Virus record (IMG/VR): IMGVR_UViG_3300035242_000035
Coordinates: 17,073 to 81,072 of that record
DNA from: a virus
Length of the DNA: 64,000 bases
Strand: one strand, 5' to 3'
Position 1 is the first letter of the stretch; each line of letters opens with the position of its first letter. A program made the position numbers and the translations under genes. The notes beneath the pieces were generated by a model. That model was not told where the DNA came from. It searched no databases and worked only from the letters and a program-made list of their open reading frames with translations. Shown one piece after another: positions 26,223-35,081 of this stretch.

Positions 26223-26835
26223 AGGGCCGAGCGTCGAGTCCCTCGCCGCGAAGTTCACCGACGCGGCGTCGCGCCTGCGCGCGGCCGTGACCGCCTCCGA
26301 GTTTCGCCGGCACGTCAACGCCGTGTTGGGCACCGTACCCAAAAGCCCTAGAGGGGCCGAGCTTCGGCTGACGGCGGAGGTCCAGGAGGAGGTGTGCGAC
26401 CTCATTCGCATGGGGTGCACCTGGGAGGAGGCGGCCGCGGGCGTCGGCCTGGACGATAAGACGCTCCTGCGCTGGCAGTCCCTCGGGAGGCGGGCAAGTG
26501 GCGGAATTTACCGCGATTTCTTCGATGCCGTGGCCCAGGCCAGGAAGGGGAAGAAGCCCTGGTGGCTCCAGCAACTCCTCAGGGCCGGGAAGACGGACCC
26601 GGCCACCCTGCGCTGGCTCGGGGAGCGCGTCCTCAGGGAGGAGTTGCGCCCACCTCGAGTGGACGTGGAGGTAAACCAGGAACTGGAGCGGTTCGTGGGG
26701 CGGCTCAAGCGGAAGCTGCCGCCGGAGGTCTTCGAACTCGTCCTGGTCGCAGCCACGGAGGACGACGAGCCGGAGTCCCGGGACGCCGACGGGCTGCCGT
26801 CGGTTGCGGTCGAACCCGAGAAGGTGGAAACGTAG
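26215..26835 (+). CDS. Terminase small subunit-like HTH protein 1
   Basis: RLTAEVQEEVCDLIRMG..AAAGVGL..TLLRW...YRDFFDAV..A. Confidence 0.6.
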   Translation: MGRGPSVESLAAKFTDAASRLRAAVTASEFRRHVNAVLGTVPKSPRGAELRLTAEVQEEVCDLIRMGCTWEEAAAGVGLDDKTLLRWQSLGRRASGGIYRDFFDAVAQARKGKKPWWLQQLLRAGKTDPATLRWLGERVLREELRPPRVDVEVNQELERFVGRLKRKLPPEVFELVLVAATEDDEPESRDADGLPSVAVEPEKVET

Positions 26836-26884
26836 GTCAAGACCCAGTAGCGGGCCCACGCGCTACCGCGAGGAGGTTTAGAGG

Positions 26885-27169
26885 ATGGCTCGGTTCATCG
26901 CATGGCTTCGATACGTAATTACTCCGCGCAGTTACCCAGACCGCTGGCAGGATCGGCTTTTCCGGGGCCACGTTCATTGGGGGCCCATCACCATCTACGG
27001 CGCCAACGCGATGCACTGGGCCGTGAATGTGTGGTTCCGCGGCGCGTACTGGTGCTTCCATCCCACCACGCGGACGTTCGGTGGGAAGTGGCGGTGGTAC
27101 TTCTACGTGAGCCCCGATGGAACGCCCGCCAGAGCGACCTTCGCCCTGGGAGACGCGAGGGGTTCTTGA
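26885..27169 (+). CDS. Trp-rich hypothetical protein
   Basis: AGGAGG/GAGG RBS; aromatic beta-rich. Confidence 0.6.
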   Translation: MARFIAWLRYVITPRSYPDRWQDRLFRGHVHWGPITIYGANAMHWAVNVWFRGAYWCFHPTTRTFGGKWRWYFYVSPDGTPARATFALGDARGS

Positions 27170-27201
27170 GGCCCCATCGCGTTCACCGGGCGGCATGAGG
27201 G

Positions 27202-27753
27202 ATGGCCAGCCGGCTGTCAAAGCTGCTAGGCGACGAGCTCGCACGACTCCGCGCCGCGCGGGCTCAGGCGCCTGGAGTCGCCCTCGAGCCGGTAGCGGAG
27301 CTGACGGACGAGGTGGTGGCGAGGCTGGCAGCCATCGTCCGCACGGGGGCCCCGAGGGCCACGGCAGCCGCCGCGATTGGCCTGAGGCCAGATCTGCTGA
27401 CGACGTGGCGCGCGACTGGGCGAGAGGACGCGGCGGCTGGGCGGCACGACACCCCCCACGCCAGGCTCGTTCATGCGCTGACCGTCGCGGCGGCCGAGGC
27501 GAAGGTGCTGTACTGGCAGCAGCTGCAGCGGGGGGCGGCCACCGGGCGGGACGAGGACGTGAGGGCGGCCCGGCTGGCGTTGGCGGCGCTGAACCAGCGG
27601 CGAGCGCGGGATTACGCGGACCCGAGAGGGGTCGGGCAGGACGCGGGCAGCGCTGGCCAGGATGGGGACGACGAGTTGGTGGTCAAGGTGGTGTTGGAGG
27701 CCCGAGCGCAGCACTCGGACGGCGGTGACAACACCCAGGGTGACAGCGAATGA
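27202..27753 (+). CDS. Terminase small subunit-like HTH protein 2
   Basis: ELTDEVVARLAAIVRTG..AAAAIGL..LLTTW..G...L..AAAEA; same pattern as the 26215 gene. Confidence 0.6.
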   Translation: MASRLSKLLGDELARLRAARAQAPGVALEPVAELTDEVVARLAAIVRTGAPRATAAAAIGLRPDLLTTWRATGREDAAAGRHDTPHARLVHALTVAAAEAKVLYWQQLQRGAATGRDEDVRAARLALAALNQRRARDYADPRGVGQDAGSAGQDGDDELVVKVVLEARAQHSDGGDNTQGDSE

Positions 27754-27808
27754 GGATCGCTGTGGACTCGGAGTGCGTGTTTAGGCGGCAGGACGGCCTC
27801 CCAGGCAA

Positions 27809-27877
27809 TCACAAGTGGAGTACATATGTCGCACCCACCACCTAAAATAGGACGGCGAAAATCAAGTACTTGCGCGG
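27809..27877 (+). repeat. Dispersed regulatory repeat, copy B, with consensus IHF site AATCAAGTACTTG (27860-27872)
   Basis: Matches WATCAANNNNTTR exactly; homologous to copies A and C. Confidence 0.85.
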
Positions 27878-27948
27878 TGGCGTCCGAAGTCAGGACGAAT
27901 CGTCTCGTGCAAGGCTGCGCAAGCTATCGATTTTGCTGGTGACGAAAG

Positions 27949-27964
27949 TGGCACGAGTGGTGCT
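27949..27964 (+). promoter_or_regulatory. Sigma54 -24/-12 promoter TGGCACGAGTGGTGCT
   Basis: GG-N10-GC with TGGCACG; upstream IHF site; gene start 28003. Confidence 0.7.
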
Positions 27965-28002
27965 TTGTCTTTGGCTCGCAGAAGCCAATCATGGAGGCCC
28001 CG

Positions 28003-28416
28003 ATGACCCGCCAGGACGCAGCCCAGAGGATCACCGAGAAGCTGAACGCGGAGGGGTACGAGGCGAAGGCGTGGAACGGTGGCGCGAAGGTCCGCGTCTA
28101 CGTCTCCTACGAGGGCAAAGAGCGCGGGTTCGTCGAGGTCGGCAGCGACCGGAAGTCCACCGAGAAGGGCTGCTCGACGATCCAGGGGGTCCAGGGCTCC
28201 GTGTCGCGGCACGTCTGCGGTCTGTTCGGCAAGTACGAGGAGTTCACCGACGCGCCCGCAGTTGAGCAGACCTTCCACGGCGTGCCGGCGTGGAAGCTGA
28301 AGAAACTTGCGCGCGAGGGTCTGATCTCGATCTCCGGCCTGACCGAGGACCAGATCGTCGAGGCCGTGCGCCTCGGGGTGATCTCCGAGTCCGACGCGAT
28401 GAACCGCGACTGCTAG
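28003..28416 (+). CDS. Hypothetical protein
   Basis: GGAGG RBS; first gene after sigma54 promoter. Confidence 0.75.
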   Translation: MTRQDAAQRITEKLNAEGYEAKAWNGGAKVRVYVSYEGKERGFVEVGSDRKSTEKGCSTIQGVQGSVSRHVCGLFGKYEEFTDAPAVEQTFHGVPAWKLKKLAREGLISISGLTEDQIVEAVRLGVISESDAMNRDC

Positions 28417-28460
28417 CCGTGATGCCGAAAGGCGATCCTGCCGGAAAAGGAGCTTTAAAA

Positions 28461-29183
28461 ATGCTGCGACAGATCAAGAACGCCGATATGCAACCGGACG
28501 TGCCGCACCGCGGCTATCTGGAGACGTACGCCTACTACCCGGGGATGATGCCGGGGCTCGACGAGGGCGAACTCCTCGCCTGCGTGTCGCCGGGATCGCC
28601 TTACGACGCGTCCGCCTGGCTTCGCGGTCCAGAGGAAGAGGTGCTCGCCGAGCTGGAGCGCCGCGTTTTCGACCAGTGGCCCCGGGATCAGGTTGGCGCC
28701 TCGTTCGCCAAGCGGCTCGTCAGAGACCTTCGCGAGTACCGGGTCGTCGCGATGGTGCTCCGCCGCCTCGGTTGGGTCGCGCTCGTCAGGTTGTACGAAC
28801 CGGCGCAGCGCGAGACGGATCGTCTTGCCCGAGCGATGCTCCTTTCCTGGATCCGTGCGGAGTTGTTCGCCTTCGCGCCTGGGTGCGGCACACCCGACGT
28901 CAAGGAGAAACTGCTCAAGGGCGTGACGGTCGGGTACGCACCGGGACGCGCGCCCGCGAACGGCGCGGCCCTGGCTCATCTCGTGTACCGCGACGAGGGC
29001 GGGGCGTGGCGACTGAGCGCCAGCGAAGGGGGCGCGAGCTACCACGGCCCGGTCTTCCTCGAGGATGGGGAGGCGCGTCGGGAGGCGGCCCACCTCTACG
29101 GCGCCGGGATGGCACCGAACAGGTATCCGCGCGGCGCAACGGCGCCTCCGGAACGGGCCGCCCCGATCCTGATCGCCGGATGA
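28461..29183 (+). CDS. Hypothetical protein
   Basis: AAAAGGAG RBS. Confidence 0.7.
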   Translation: MLRQIKNADMQPDVPHRGYLETYAYYPGMMPGLDEGELLACVSPGSPYDASAWLRGPEEEVLAELERRVFDQWPRDQVGASFAKRLVRDLREYRVVAMVLRRLGWVALVRLYEPAQRETDRLARAMLLSWIRAELFAFAPGCGTPDVKEKLLKGVTVGYAPGRAPANGAALAHLVYRDEGGAWRLSASEGGASYHGPVFLEDGEARREAAHLYGAGMAPNRYPRGATAPPERAAPILIAG

Positions 29184-29248
29184 CGCCGCCCTGTCCGTGA
29201 GCGGGAGGACTCAGTAACCACAAACCAAAAGAGAGGAGATTTCCGGAA

Positions 29249-29635
29249 ATGGGAACGAATCTGGTACCCGGGCGCTCGAGGGACCGCGAGGCCGTCCAGG
29301 CCGACCTCGAGAGGAAGAAGGGCGAGGTTGAGGCCGCTTACGCGGCGGTGAAGAGCGCGGAGGCGCTGCACGAGATGGTCCGACGCGAGGCCGCCACGCT
29401 GGGCGACGAGCTGCGCGCACTGGAGTTCGCTCCGAACGCGACCGTGACGCACGACGTGTTCGAGCCGTTCTCGATGAATGACGAGGAGGTCCACTACCGG
29501 CTCAGAAAAGGAGAACGGGTGCAGGCGTCGCGGTCTCCCCAGCGAGTCGCAGTGACGCGCGCCGACGGTCGGACCTTCGAGGTCTACTCTGGCTTCGTCG
29601 AATTCGACGCGGGAGACCAGGAGCCTGACCGATGA
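29249..29635 (+). CDS. Coiled-coil hypothetical protein
   Basis: AGAGGAG RBS. Confidence 0.7.
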   Translation: MGTNLVPGRSRDREAVQADLERKKGEVEAAYAAVKSAEALHEMVRREAATLGDELRALEFAPNATVTHDVFEPFSMNDEEVHYRLRKGERVQASRSPQRVAVTRADGRTFEVYSGFVEFDAGDQEPDR

Positions 29636-30054
29636 GCGCACACCTTGAGGACATCGGGACGGTCGTTCTCACCCCAGAAGAGCGGCGTCTGGACGACTTC
29701 GACTCGCCGGCCGCGCGCGAGGCCCGCTTCCGCTCGTTCTACGGCCTCCCTGGCGAACGACCGCTCACGGAGCACGACCTCGAGATCGCTCTCGGCGTGG
29801 CGCGTGGTGAGGAAGACGGCGCGGCCCGCGAACGGCTCGTCGCCGAGGTGGTGCAGCGCCTGGAGTTGATGCGGTCGTCCGGCCGCCTGGAGCGGTTGGC
29901 CTCGGACGCATCAGACCTCTGCGTCCTCACCGCGGTCGCTGAGTTCGACCGGGACTGGAGCGAGGAGCAGCACCGCCGGGCCGTCGCGCTGGTGGGCCGG
30001 ATCCAGACAACCCTCATGTTATTGGCGGGCCAGTTCGTGCGGGTGCCGCTATGA
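29632..30054 (+). CDS. Hypothetical protein
   Basis: ATGA coupling. Confidence 0.65.
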   Translation: MSAHLEDIGTVVLTPEERRLDDFDSPAAREARFRSFYGLPGERPLTEHDLEIALGVARGEEDGAARERLVAEVVQRLELMRSSGRLERLASDASDLCVLTAVAEFDRDWSEEQHRRAVALVGRIQTTLMLLAGQFVRVPL

Positions 30055-30275
30055 GGGCTCCTAGTCCTTGGCGCACCACGCGCGCCCCCACGCCGAAGAA
30101 GTGGGCGGTCCGCGTCGACGGCAAGGTCGTGCAGGAGATCGAGGTGCTCGGCGCCAGCAACGCGGCGTCGGAGTACTTCCGGGCGGAAGCGAAGGCTGGT
30201 CGCTACCCGCCACGATGTAAGGTCGGCCAGATGGTGTTCCGCAACAGCCTCCACGCCGCCGCCGAGGGACGATGA
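30051..30275 (+). CDS. Hypothetical protein
   Basis: ATGA coupling. Confidence 0.55.
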   Translation: MRAPSPWRTTRAPTPKKWAVRVDGKVVQEIEVLGASNAASEYFRAEAKAGRYPPRCKVGQMVFRNSLHAAAEGR

Positions 30276-30610
30276 TGCTGCGTGAGGCCCTCCGCCGGTT
30301 GTGGTGGCGCCTGACTGGTGCGGAGCGAGCGCCGGACGGGGATTCCTGCGAGGCCCTCGAGCTGTTCGCCGACGGAGAGTTGCCTCCGGAAGCCGCCGAG
30401 GACTTCCGAGGACACCTGGTGGCATGCGCGCGCTGTCAGCAGGGACTCCTGGACCACCTCCAACTCGAAGCCTTGGCGGAGCGCGCCACCCGCCTGTTGC
30501 GCGAGGTGGCGATGCCGGTGCACTGTGCTCAGTGCGGCGAGGCCGTGAAATGCGGGGGCTGCGGCACGCCGGTCTTCGTACAGGACGTGGCAGGGAAGAG
30601 GGCGTCTTGA
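30272..30610 (+). CDS. zf-HC2 (anti-sigma-type) Zn-finger protein plus CxxC-CxxC
   Basis: C..L..FADGELP.......HLVACARC. Confidence 0.7.
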   Translation: MMLREALRRLWWRLTGAERAPDGDSCEALELFADGELPPEAAEDFRGHLVACARCQQGLLDHLQLEALAERATRLLREVAMPVHCAQCGEAVKCGGCGTPVFVQDVAGKRAS

Positions 30611-30861
30611 CCGCAGAGCACGAACAGCGCGAGGCCGAATGCTCGACGGCCATCGCCATCGTCCGCGCCCCGAACGGCGAGGCTGGCTCCTCGGACGATG
30701 CGGTCCAGACGTTGACCTCGGGGGAGATGCCGCTGCGAGCAGCTCGAGCCTGGGCGCAGCGGGCCTGCGAGGCGCTCGGGGCGCGAGGTGCGACGTGGAC
30801 TATCACCGAAATTCACGAGGTCGAGGCGCTGCGGGAGAGCGAGGGCCCGGCTCATGGGTGA
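30607..30861 (+). CDS. Hypothetical protein
   Basis: TTGA coupling. Confidence 0.45.
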   Translation: MTAEHEQREAECSTAIAIVRAPNGEAGSSDDAVQTLTSGEMPLRAARAWAQRACEALGARGATWTITEIHEVEALRESEGPAHG

Positions 30862-31417
30862 CCAGGACAAGGAGGCGCGAAGACCCAAGGAGCGGCGGAT
30901 CCGGGCAGTGGCCCGCGGAGCCGAATCGTCGGATCAGTCCTGTAAATCTCTGATTTCGCAGCACTCAGCCGCGGCGCCGAAACGTCAGGAGTCGGGGCGC
31001 GCGCGGACGGACGCGGGCAAACACAGCCCGGCCGACCCGGTGCCTCTCGACGTCCCGGAGCACGCTCAGAAGGCGTTGCTCCAGAATCCCGCCGCTGTCC
31101 GCCTCTTGGCGATGGCGCGCGCCGGCCGCCGGTTGGTCGTCCACACCCCGCGCAAGGACGGGGAGGCCGCGATGCTGCGCAGGCTGACCGCCGTCCTGAC
31201 CCTGGAGAAGCTCGCCGCGGACCCCAACGGAAGAGCGACCAGGAAACCGGACGTGGCCTGGCTGGTGGGCGTAACGGACCTCGGCGGGGTGGTGGTCTGC
31301 GGGCCCTCCCGAGCGCACGGCTGGTCCAGCGCGAAGCCGTGGGCGCTCAGGGCCGGGGCGGAGTTCTGGCTGGGCGTGATGGACGAGCTCTGCGGCGACG
31401 CGAAAGGAGAGGTGTGA
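30854..31417 (+). CDS. Hypothetical protein
   Basis: Operon packing. Confidence 0.5.
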   Translation: MGDQDKEARRPKERRIRAVARGAESSDQSCKSLISQHSAAAPKRQESGRARTDAGKHSPADPVPLDVPEHAQKALLQNPAAVRLLAMARAGRRLVVHTPRKDGEAAMLRRLTAVLTLEKLAADPNGRATRKPDVAWLVGVTDLGGVVVCGPSRAHGWSSAKPWALRAGAEFWLGVMDELCGDAKGEV

Positions 31418-31803
31418 TGCAGGACGAGAAGAACTCGACGGGGGTGGCGGGCCTGATCCTTCGATGCGTCCATGGCAGTGCGATCCGCGACGGCGCGGGC
31501 GAGGCCCTAGAACCTCCGTGCGGCTGTCGTGCTGATGGGTGGTTGACCGTCGCCAGACCACCAAAGAAGTCCGAGCGCCTATGTGGCGCTGATGTGCGCT
31601 GCCCTGTGGACCGGGGCCGGCTCGCAGACGTAGCGCCCGATTACCAGTTCCTCCCGGACGACGCGACGCAGTACGACGATACCGGCGTCCACCTCCAGGC
31701 CCACTGCGAGAGGGGTTGCCTGCTCCATATCCACGTGACGCCGACAAGCTTTCGCGTCGAAGCGTGGGGCAAAGGTCTCGAGTTCGCCGGGCGGGGCGCA
31801 TGA
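31417..31803 (+). CDS. Cys/His-rich hypothetical protein
   Basis: GAAAGGAGAGG RBS. Confidence 0.6.
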   Translation: MQDEKNSTGVAGLILRCVHGSAIRDGAGEALEPPCGCRADGWLTVARPPKKSERLCGADVRCPVDRGRLADVAPDYQFLPDDATQYDDTGVHLQAHCERGCLLHIHVTPTSFRVEAWGKGLEFAGRGA

Positions 31804-32252
31804 GGCGACTCAAGACGGCGTCCGGACGGATCCGCGAGCGCGTGTGGCTGGAACATTTCGACGTAGAGGAGCCAGCGACGTCCCGATACCTCCTCCCATA
31901 CGGCACCTACGTCTACGCCTGCGCGCAGTGGGAGGCGGAGTCGGTTCGCGTAGAGCAGCAGCGCTTCGATGCTTGGGCCCTGGAGAGGCTCGAGATGCTC
32001 TTGCTAGGGCCGCAGTGGGTGCTCGACCCGCCGCCGCGCGTGGAGACGTGGGACTACGCCCTGGTCGTCCTGGGCGGCGTATACCGACCCGTCCACCGGA
32101 CGTTACTGAACGAGGCGCGGAACGCTGGTGCCAGGGTGGTGCTGCCGCCTGAACCGAGACCGACCATCCGGCAACTTCTGACGGAGAAGATCGCGACGCT
32201 CGAAGACGAATGGGGACTCCCGGCGGAGGTTGCTGGAAGTCGCCAGACGTAG
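31800..32252 (+). CDS. Hypothetical protein
   Basis: ATGA coupling. Confidence 0.55.
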   Translation: MRRLKTASGRIRERVWLEHFDVEEPATSRYLLPYGTYVYACAQWEAESVRVEQQRFDAWALERLEMLLLGPQWVLDPPPRVETWDYALVVLGGVYRPVHRTLLNEARNAGARVVLPPEPRPTIRQLLTEKIATLEDEWGLPAEVAGSRQT

Positions 32253-32266
32253 GTAGGGTATCGGGC

Positions 32267-33043
32267 ATGAACCCCACCACGCCCGTTTCGATGCTCGCGC
32301 AGATGGTCCGCACCGGCGCCAAGCCCACGCTCCCGGAGGCCGGAAGCTTCCTGGGCCGGACTGCGCGCGCCCCCGGCGTGTACCCGCTCGGGGACGGGAG
32401 ATCGGAGATCGTCGGCGCGGACGGGAAGACGGTAGGCGTGGTGAGCGACGAACAGATGTACGGCGACGAGGATACGGCCGCCGAGGCGCGGGACTTCATC
32501 GGCAACCGGCGAGCGCCGGGCGTCTACCAGGAGCGGTCGGGTGGGGTGGAGGTGGTGGGACAGGACGATGGTCCCTCGCTGTTCATGCCCGAGGAGGCGC
32601 TCTACGGAAAGGGCGATGAGGATGGTGATGAGGGTGTCGATGCGGCGACCATGGCGCGGATGATGATTCGCGGCGGCGGAGGGTCGCCTGCTCGCGAGCA
32701 GCCGCAGGCCAGCATGGCCTCGCTCATCAGGGGAAAAGACGGTCCCGTGAATCTCGCCAGCGCTGGTGAACCGGGCCCCGCGGCGGCGAACCAGCGCCGC
32801 GCTCCAGGCGTTTACCCGCTCGGCGGCGGCATGTCTGAGGTGGTCGGCGCGGACGGGGTGGCGCGGATCATCTCCGACGAGCAGCTCTACGGCGGGCAGG
32901 AGCGGACAGGCGACACCTCCGACCAGGCGCGCCGGGCCATCGCCCTCGGCTGGGAGCAGCAGATGGTTCCCAAACCGGCCAACGTGTCGAACCCCGAGAC
33001 GCTGGCCACGCTTATCCGCGGCATCCCCGGGCGCGGACGCTGA
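32267..33043 (+). CDS. Protein with three RAPGVY...EVVG.D...E.LYG repeats
   Basis: Repeats visible in translation. Confidence 0.75.
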   Translation: MNPTTPVSMLAQMVRTGAKPTLPEAGSFLGRTARAPGVYPLGDGRSEIVGADGKTVGVVSDEQMYGDEDTAAEARDFIGNRRAPGVYQERSGGVEVVGQDDGPSLFMPEEALYGKGDEDGDEGVDAATMARMMIRGGGGSPAREQPQASMASLIRGKDGPVNLASAGEPGPAAANQRRAPGVYPLGGGMSEVVGADGVARIISDEQLYGGQERTGDTSDQARRAIALGWEQQMVPKPANVSNPETLATLIRGIPGRGR

Positions 33044-33061
33044 AGCAGCGCGGAGTGTCCA

Positions 33062-33265
33062 ATGACGCAGCCGACGAACGCCGCACCCAGGACGATCACG
33101 GTCCACGTCCACCCGAGCATGTGGACCGAGATCCTGAGCTGGCTAGGCCGCAAGCACGGCCTCGCCCGTGCCCCAGCGGACAATGAGGTGCTGGTCTGGC
33201 GGTGGCCCATCATCACCGTCCAGGCGGTACCGATGATCAGGCCCCCGATCTGGGGAGTTACGTGA
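33062..33265 (+). CDS. Hypothetical protein
   Basis: GGAG RBS. Confidence 0.5.
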   Translation: MTQPTNAAPRTITVHVHPSMWTEILSWLGRKHGLARAPADNEVLVWRWPIITVQAVPMIRPPIWGVT

Positions 33266-33328
33266 GCTCAAACAACGCCTTGTTGGCGCGGCTGAAGCGC
33301 GACTGACGCGAGCAGGACGAACGTCCTC

Positions 33329-34732
33329 GTGGAAGTCGTCCTCCCCAACCTCTTCGTCCCCCGCTGGTACCAGAGCCAGTTCATGGCCTGGTTCGATCAT
33401 GGCGGTCGGCGGAGCATCGAGGTGTGGCACCGACGCTCGGGCAAGGACTTCACCGCCATGCACCAGACCTGCAAGATGGCGCACCGCAGGCGCGGGCTGT
33501 ACTGGCACATCTTCCCCACCGAGGCGCAGGGCCGGAAGGCCATCTGGCAGGGCTTCACCAAGGACGGGCAGCGGCTGATGGAGCTCGTCTTCCCGAAGGC
33601 GATCCGCCGCTCACCCCGGGAGTGGACGCCCAACGCCCAGATGGTGGTGGAGCTCAAGTGCGGCTCTATCTGGAGGCTCACGGGCTCGGACCGCATCGAG
33701 AACGTGGGAGCTGGCCCGGCCGGGGTGGTGTTCTCGGAGTTCGCGCTCGCGAAGCCGGGGGGCTGGGACTACATCCGCCCGATGCTCCGCGAGAGCGACG
33801 GCTGGGCCACCTTCCTCACGACGCCCCGCGGGAAGAACCACGCCTGGAGCCTGTGGGAGAAGGCCGGCGGGCTGGCGGACTGGCGGCGCCAGCTACTGGG
33901 GTTGCGCGACACCGGGGCCTACCCCTACGAGGAGACCCTGGCAAAGGAGCGGGCCGAGGGTATGGCCGATGAACTCATCGACCAGGAGTACAACTGCTCC
34001 TGGACGGCGGCGCTGGTGGGCTCGTACTACAGCTCGCTGCTCCGCGAGCTTGAGGAGCGCGGCGGACTGCGCGAGTTCCAGCACCCGAAGGACGAGATAT
34101 TCACCACCTGGGACCTCGGGCACGGGGACTCCACGGCGATCTGGTGGTGGCGGCTGGCCGAGCCGCGTGGGAGCGGGGTGGAGTTCATCGACCACTACGA
34201 GTCCCACTCGAAACCGATGTCCCACTACTTCCAGAAGGTGCGCGAGCGACCGTGGATGGTGAAGAAGCACTGGCTGCCCCACGACGCGCGGGCGAAGACG
34301 CTTCAGACCGGGCGGAGCATCCTCGACATGGCGCTGGCCGAGTGGGGTCCGCACGCGGTGGAGATTGTCCCAGAGATTGGCGTGCAGGACGGCATCCAAG
34401 CCCTGCGCAAGCTGCTCCAACAGAAGGGGACGAGGTTCCACCCGCGGTGCTCGAGGACGGAGGACCCGTCGGACTCCGACGGGGTGGAGTGCCTGCGCGC
34501 TTATCGCAAGAAGTGGGACGAGGTGCGGAAGTGCTTCTCGGCGGAGCCGATCCACGACTGGAGTTCTGATTCCGCCGACGGGGCCCGCTATACGGCGGTG
34601 GTCGAGCAGATCACCGATTCGATGACGAAGCCCGTGCCTCCCCGGCCGCCGCCGCGGCCCGCGTCCTCCGCCACGCTGGAGGAGTTGCACGGGGAACGCG
34701 AGCGGTGGGCGAAGGACCGCGGAAGGTTGTAG
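33329..34732 (+). CDS. terL: Terminase large subunit
   Basis: PRWYQ, WHRRSGKD, VVFSEFA, TTPRGKNH, QEYNCSW, WDLG, LPHDA, PIHDWSSDSADG. Confidence 0.95.
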   Translation: MEVVLPNLFVPRWYQSQFMAWFDHGGRRSIEVWHRRSGKDFTAMHQTCKMAHRRRGLYWHIFPTEAQGRKAIWQGFTKDGQRLMELVFPKAIRRSPREWTPNAQMVVELKCGSIWRLTGSDRIENVGAGPAGVVFSEFALAKPGGWDYIRPMLRESDGWATFLTTPRGKNHAWSLWEKAGGLADWRRQLLGLRDTGAYPYEETLAKERAEGMADELIDQEYNCSWTAALVGSYYSSLLRELEERGGLREFQHPKDEIFTTWDLGHGDSTAIWWWRLAEPRGSGVEFIDHYESHSKPMSHYFQKVRERPWMVKKHWLPHDARAKTLQTGRSILDMALAEWGPHAVEIVPEIGVQDGIQALRKLLQQKGTRFHPRCSRTEDPSDSDGVECLRAYRKKWDEVRKCFSAEPIHDWSSDSADGARYTAVVEQITDSMTKPVPPRPPPRPASSATLEELHGERERWAKDRGRL

Positions 34733-34919
34733 GAGTTGCGAAGTGGGCCGAGCGCTGGCAGTGTTGGTGATGCCGTACCGAAAAGGAGAGGGCTCGTGAA
34801 CGTGTTGATGATGCAGGACGCGATGCGCAAGGCCGGCGACGTGGTGTCAGTCAGAGAAGCGCGCCGATTTATGCTGTCGGCCTCGGCCGCCGCTCCGACG
34901 AGCGCCCGTTCCGTTCGCG

Positions 34920-34994
34920 GCAAAGGTGGCGCCCAGTGGGTGGCGCACCGCGCTCTGAACGCGGGGGTTGTCGGTTCGATCCCGACCCTCGGAG
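34920..34994 (+). tRNA. Degenerate tRNA-like element, anticodon CTG (Gln)
   Basis: D stem GCGC/GCGC, anticodon arm CCGCG-CTCTGAA-CGCGG, T arm GTCGG-TTCGATC-CCGAC; acceptor stem only 3 bp, no CCA. Confidence 0.5.
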
Positions 34995-35002
34995 CTGAAG
35001 GT

Positions 35003-35069
35003 GGCCTGGCGATGGAAGACGCTGACCCCTTGAAGGTCGAGCGGTCGGGTTCGAGTCCCGGACGGGCCG
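35003..35069 (+). tRNA. Degenerate tRNA-like element, anticodon TTG (Gln?)
   Basis: Acceptor GGCCTG/CGGGCC, arm TGACC-CCTTGAA-GGTCG, T arm TCGGG-TTCGAGT-CCCGG; D arm reduced. Confidence 0.45.
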
Positions 35070-35081
35070 AGAGGAGAAGTC

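Noticed and set aside
27755-27785. Fourth operator copy (GTGGACTCGGAGTGCGTGT)
   Set aside because: Palindrome broken and no -35/-10 match.
34982-35069. tRNA 3' ends as an att site
   Set aside because: No integrase in the window, no duplicate copy, and phage genes continue on both sides.
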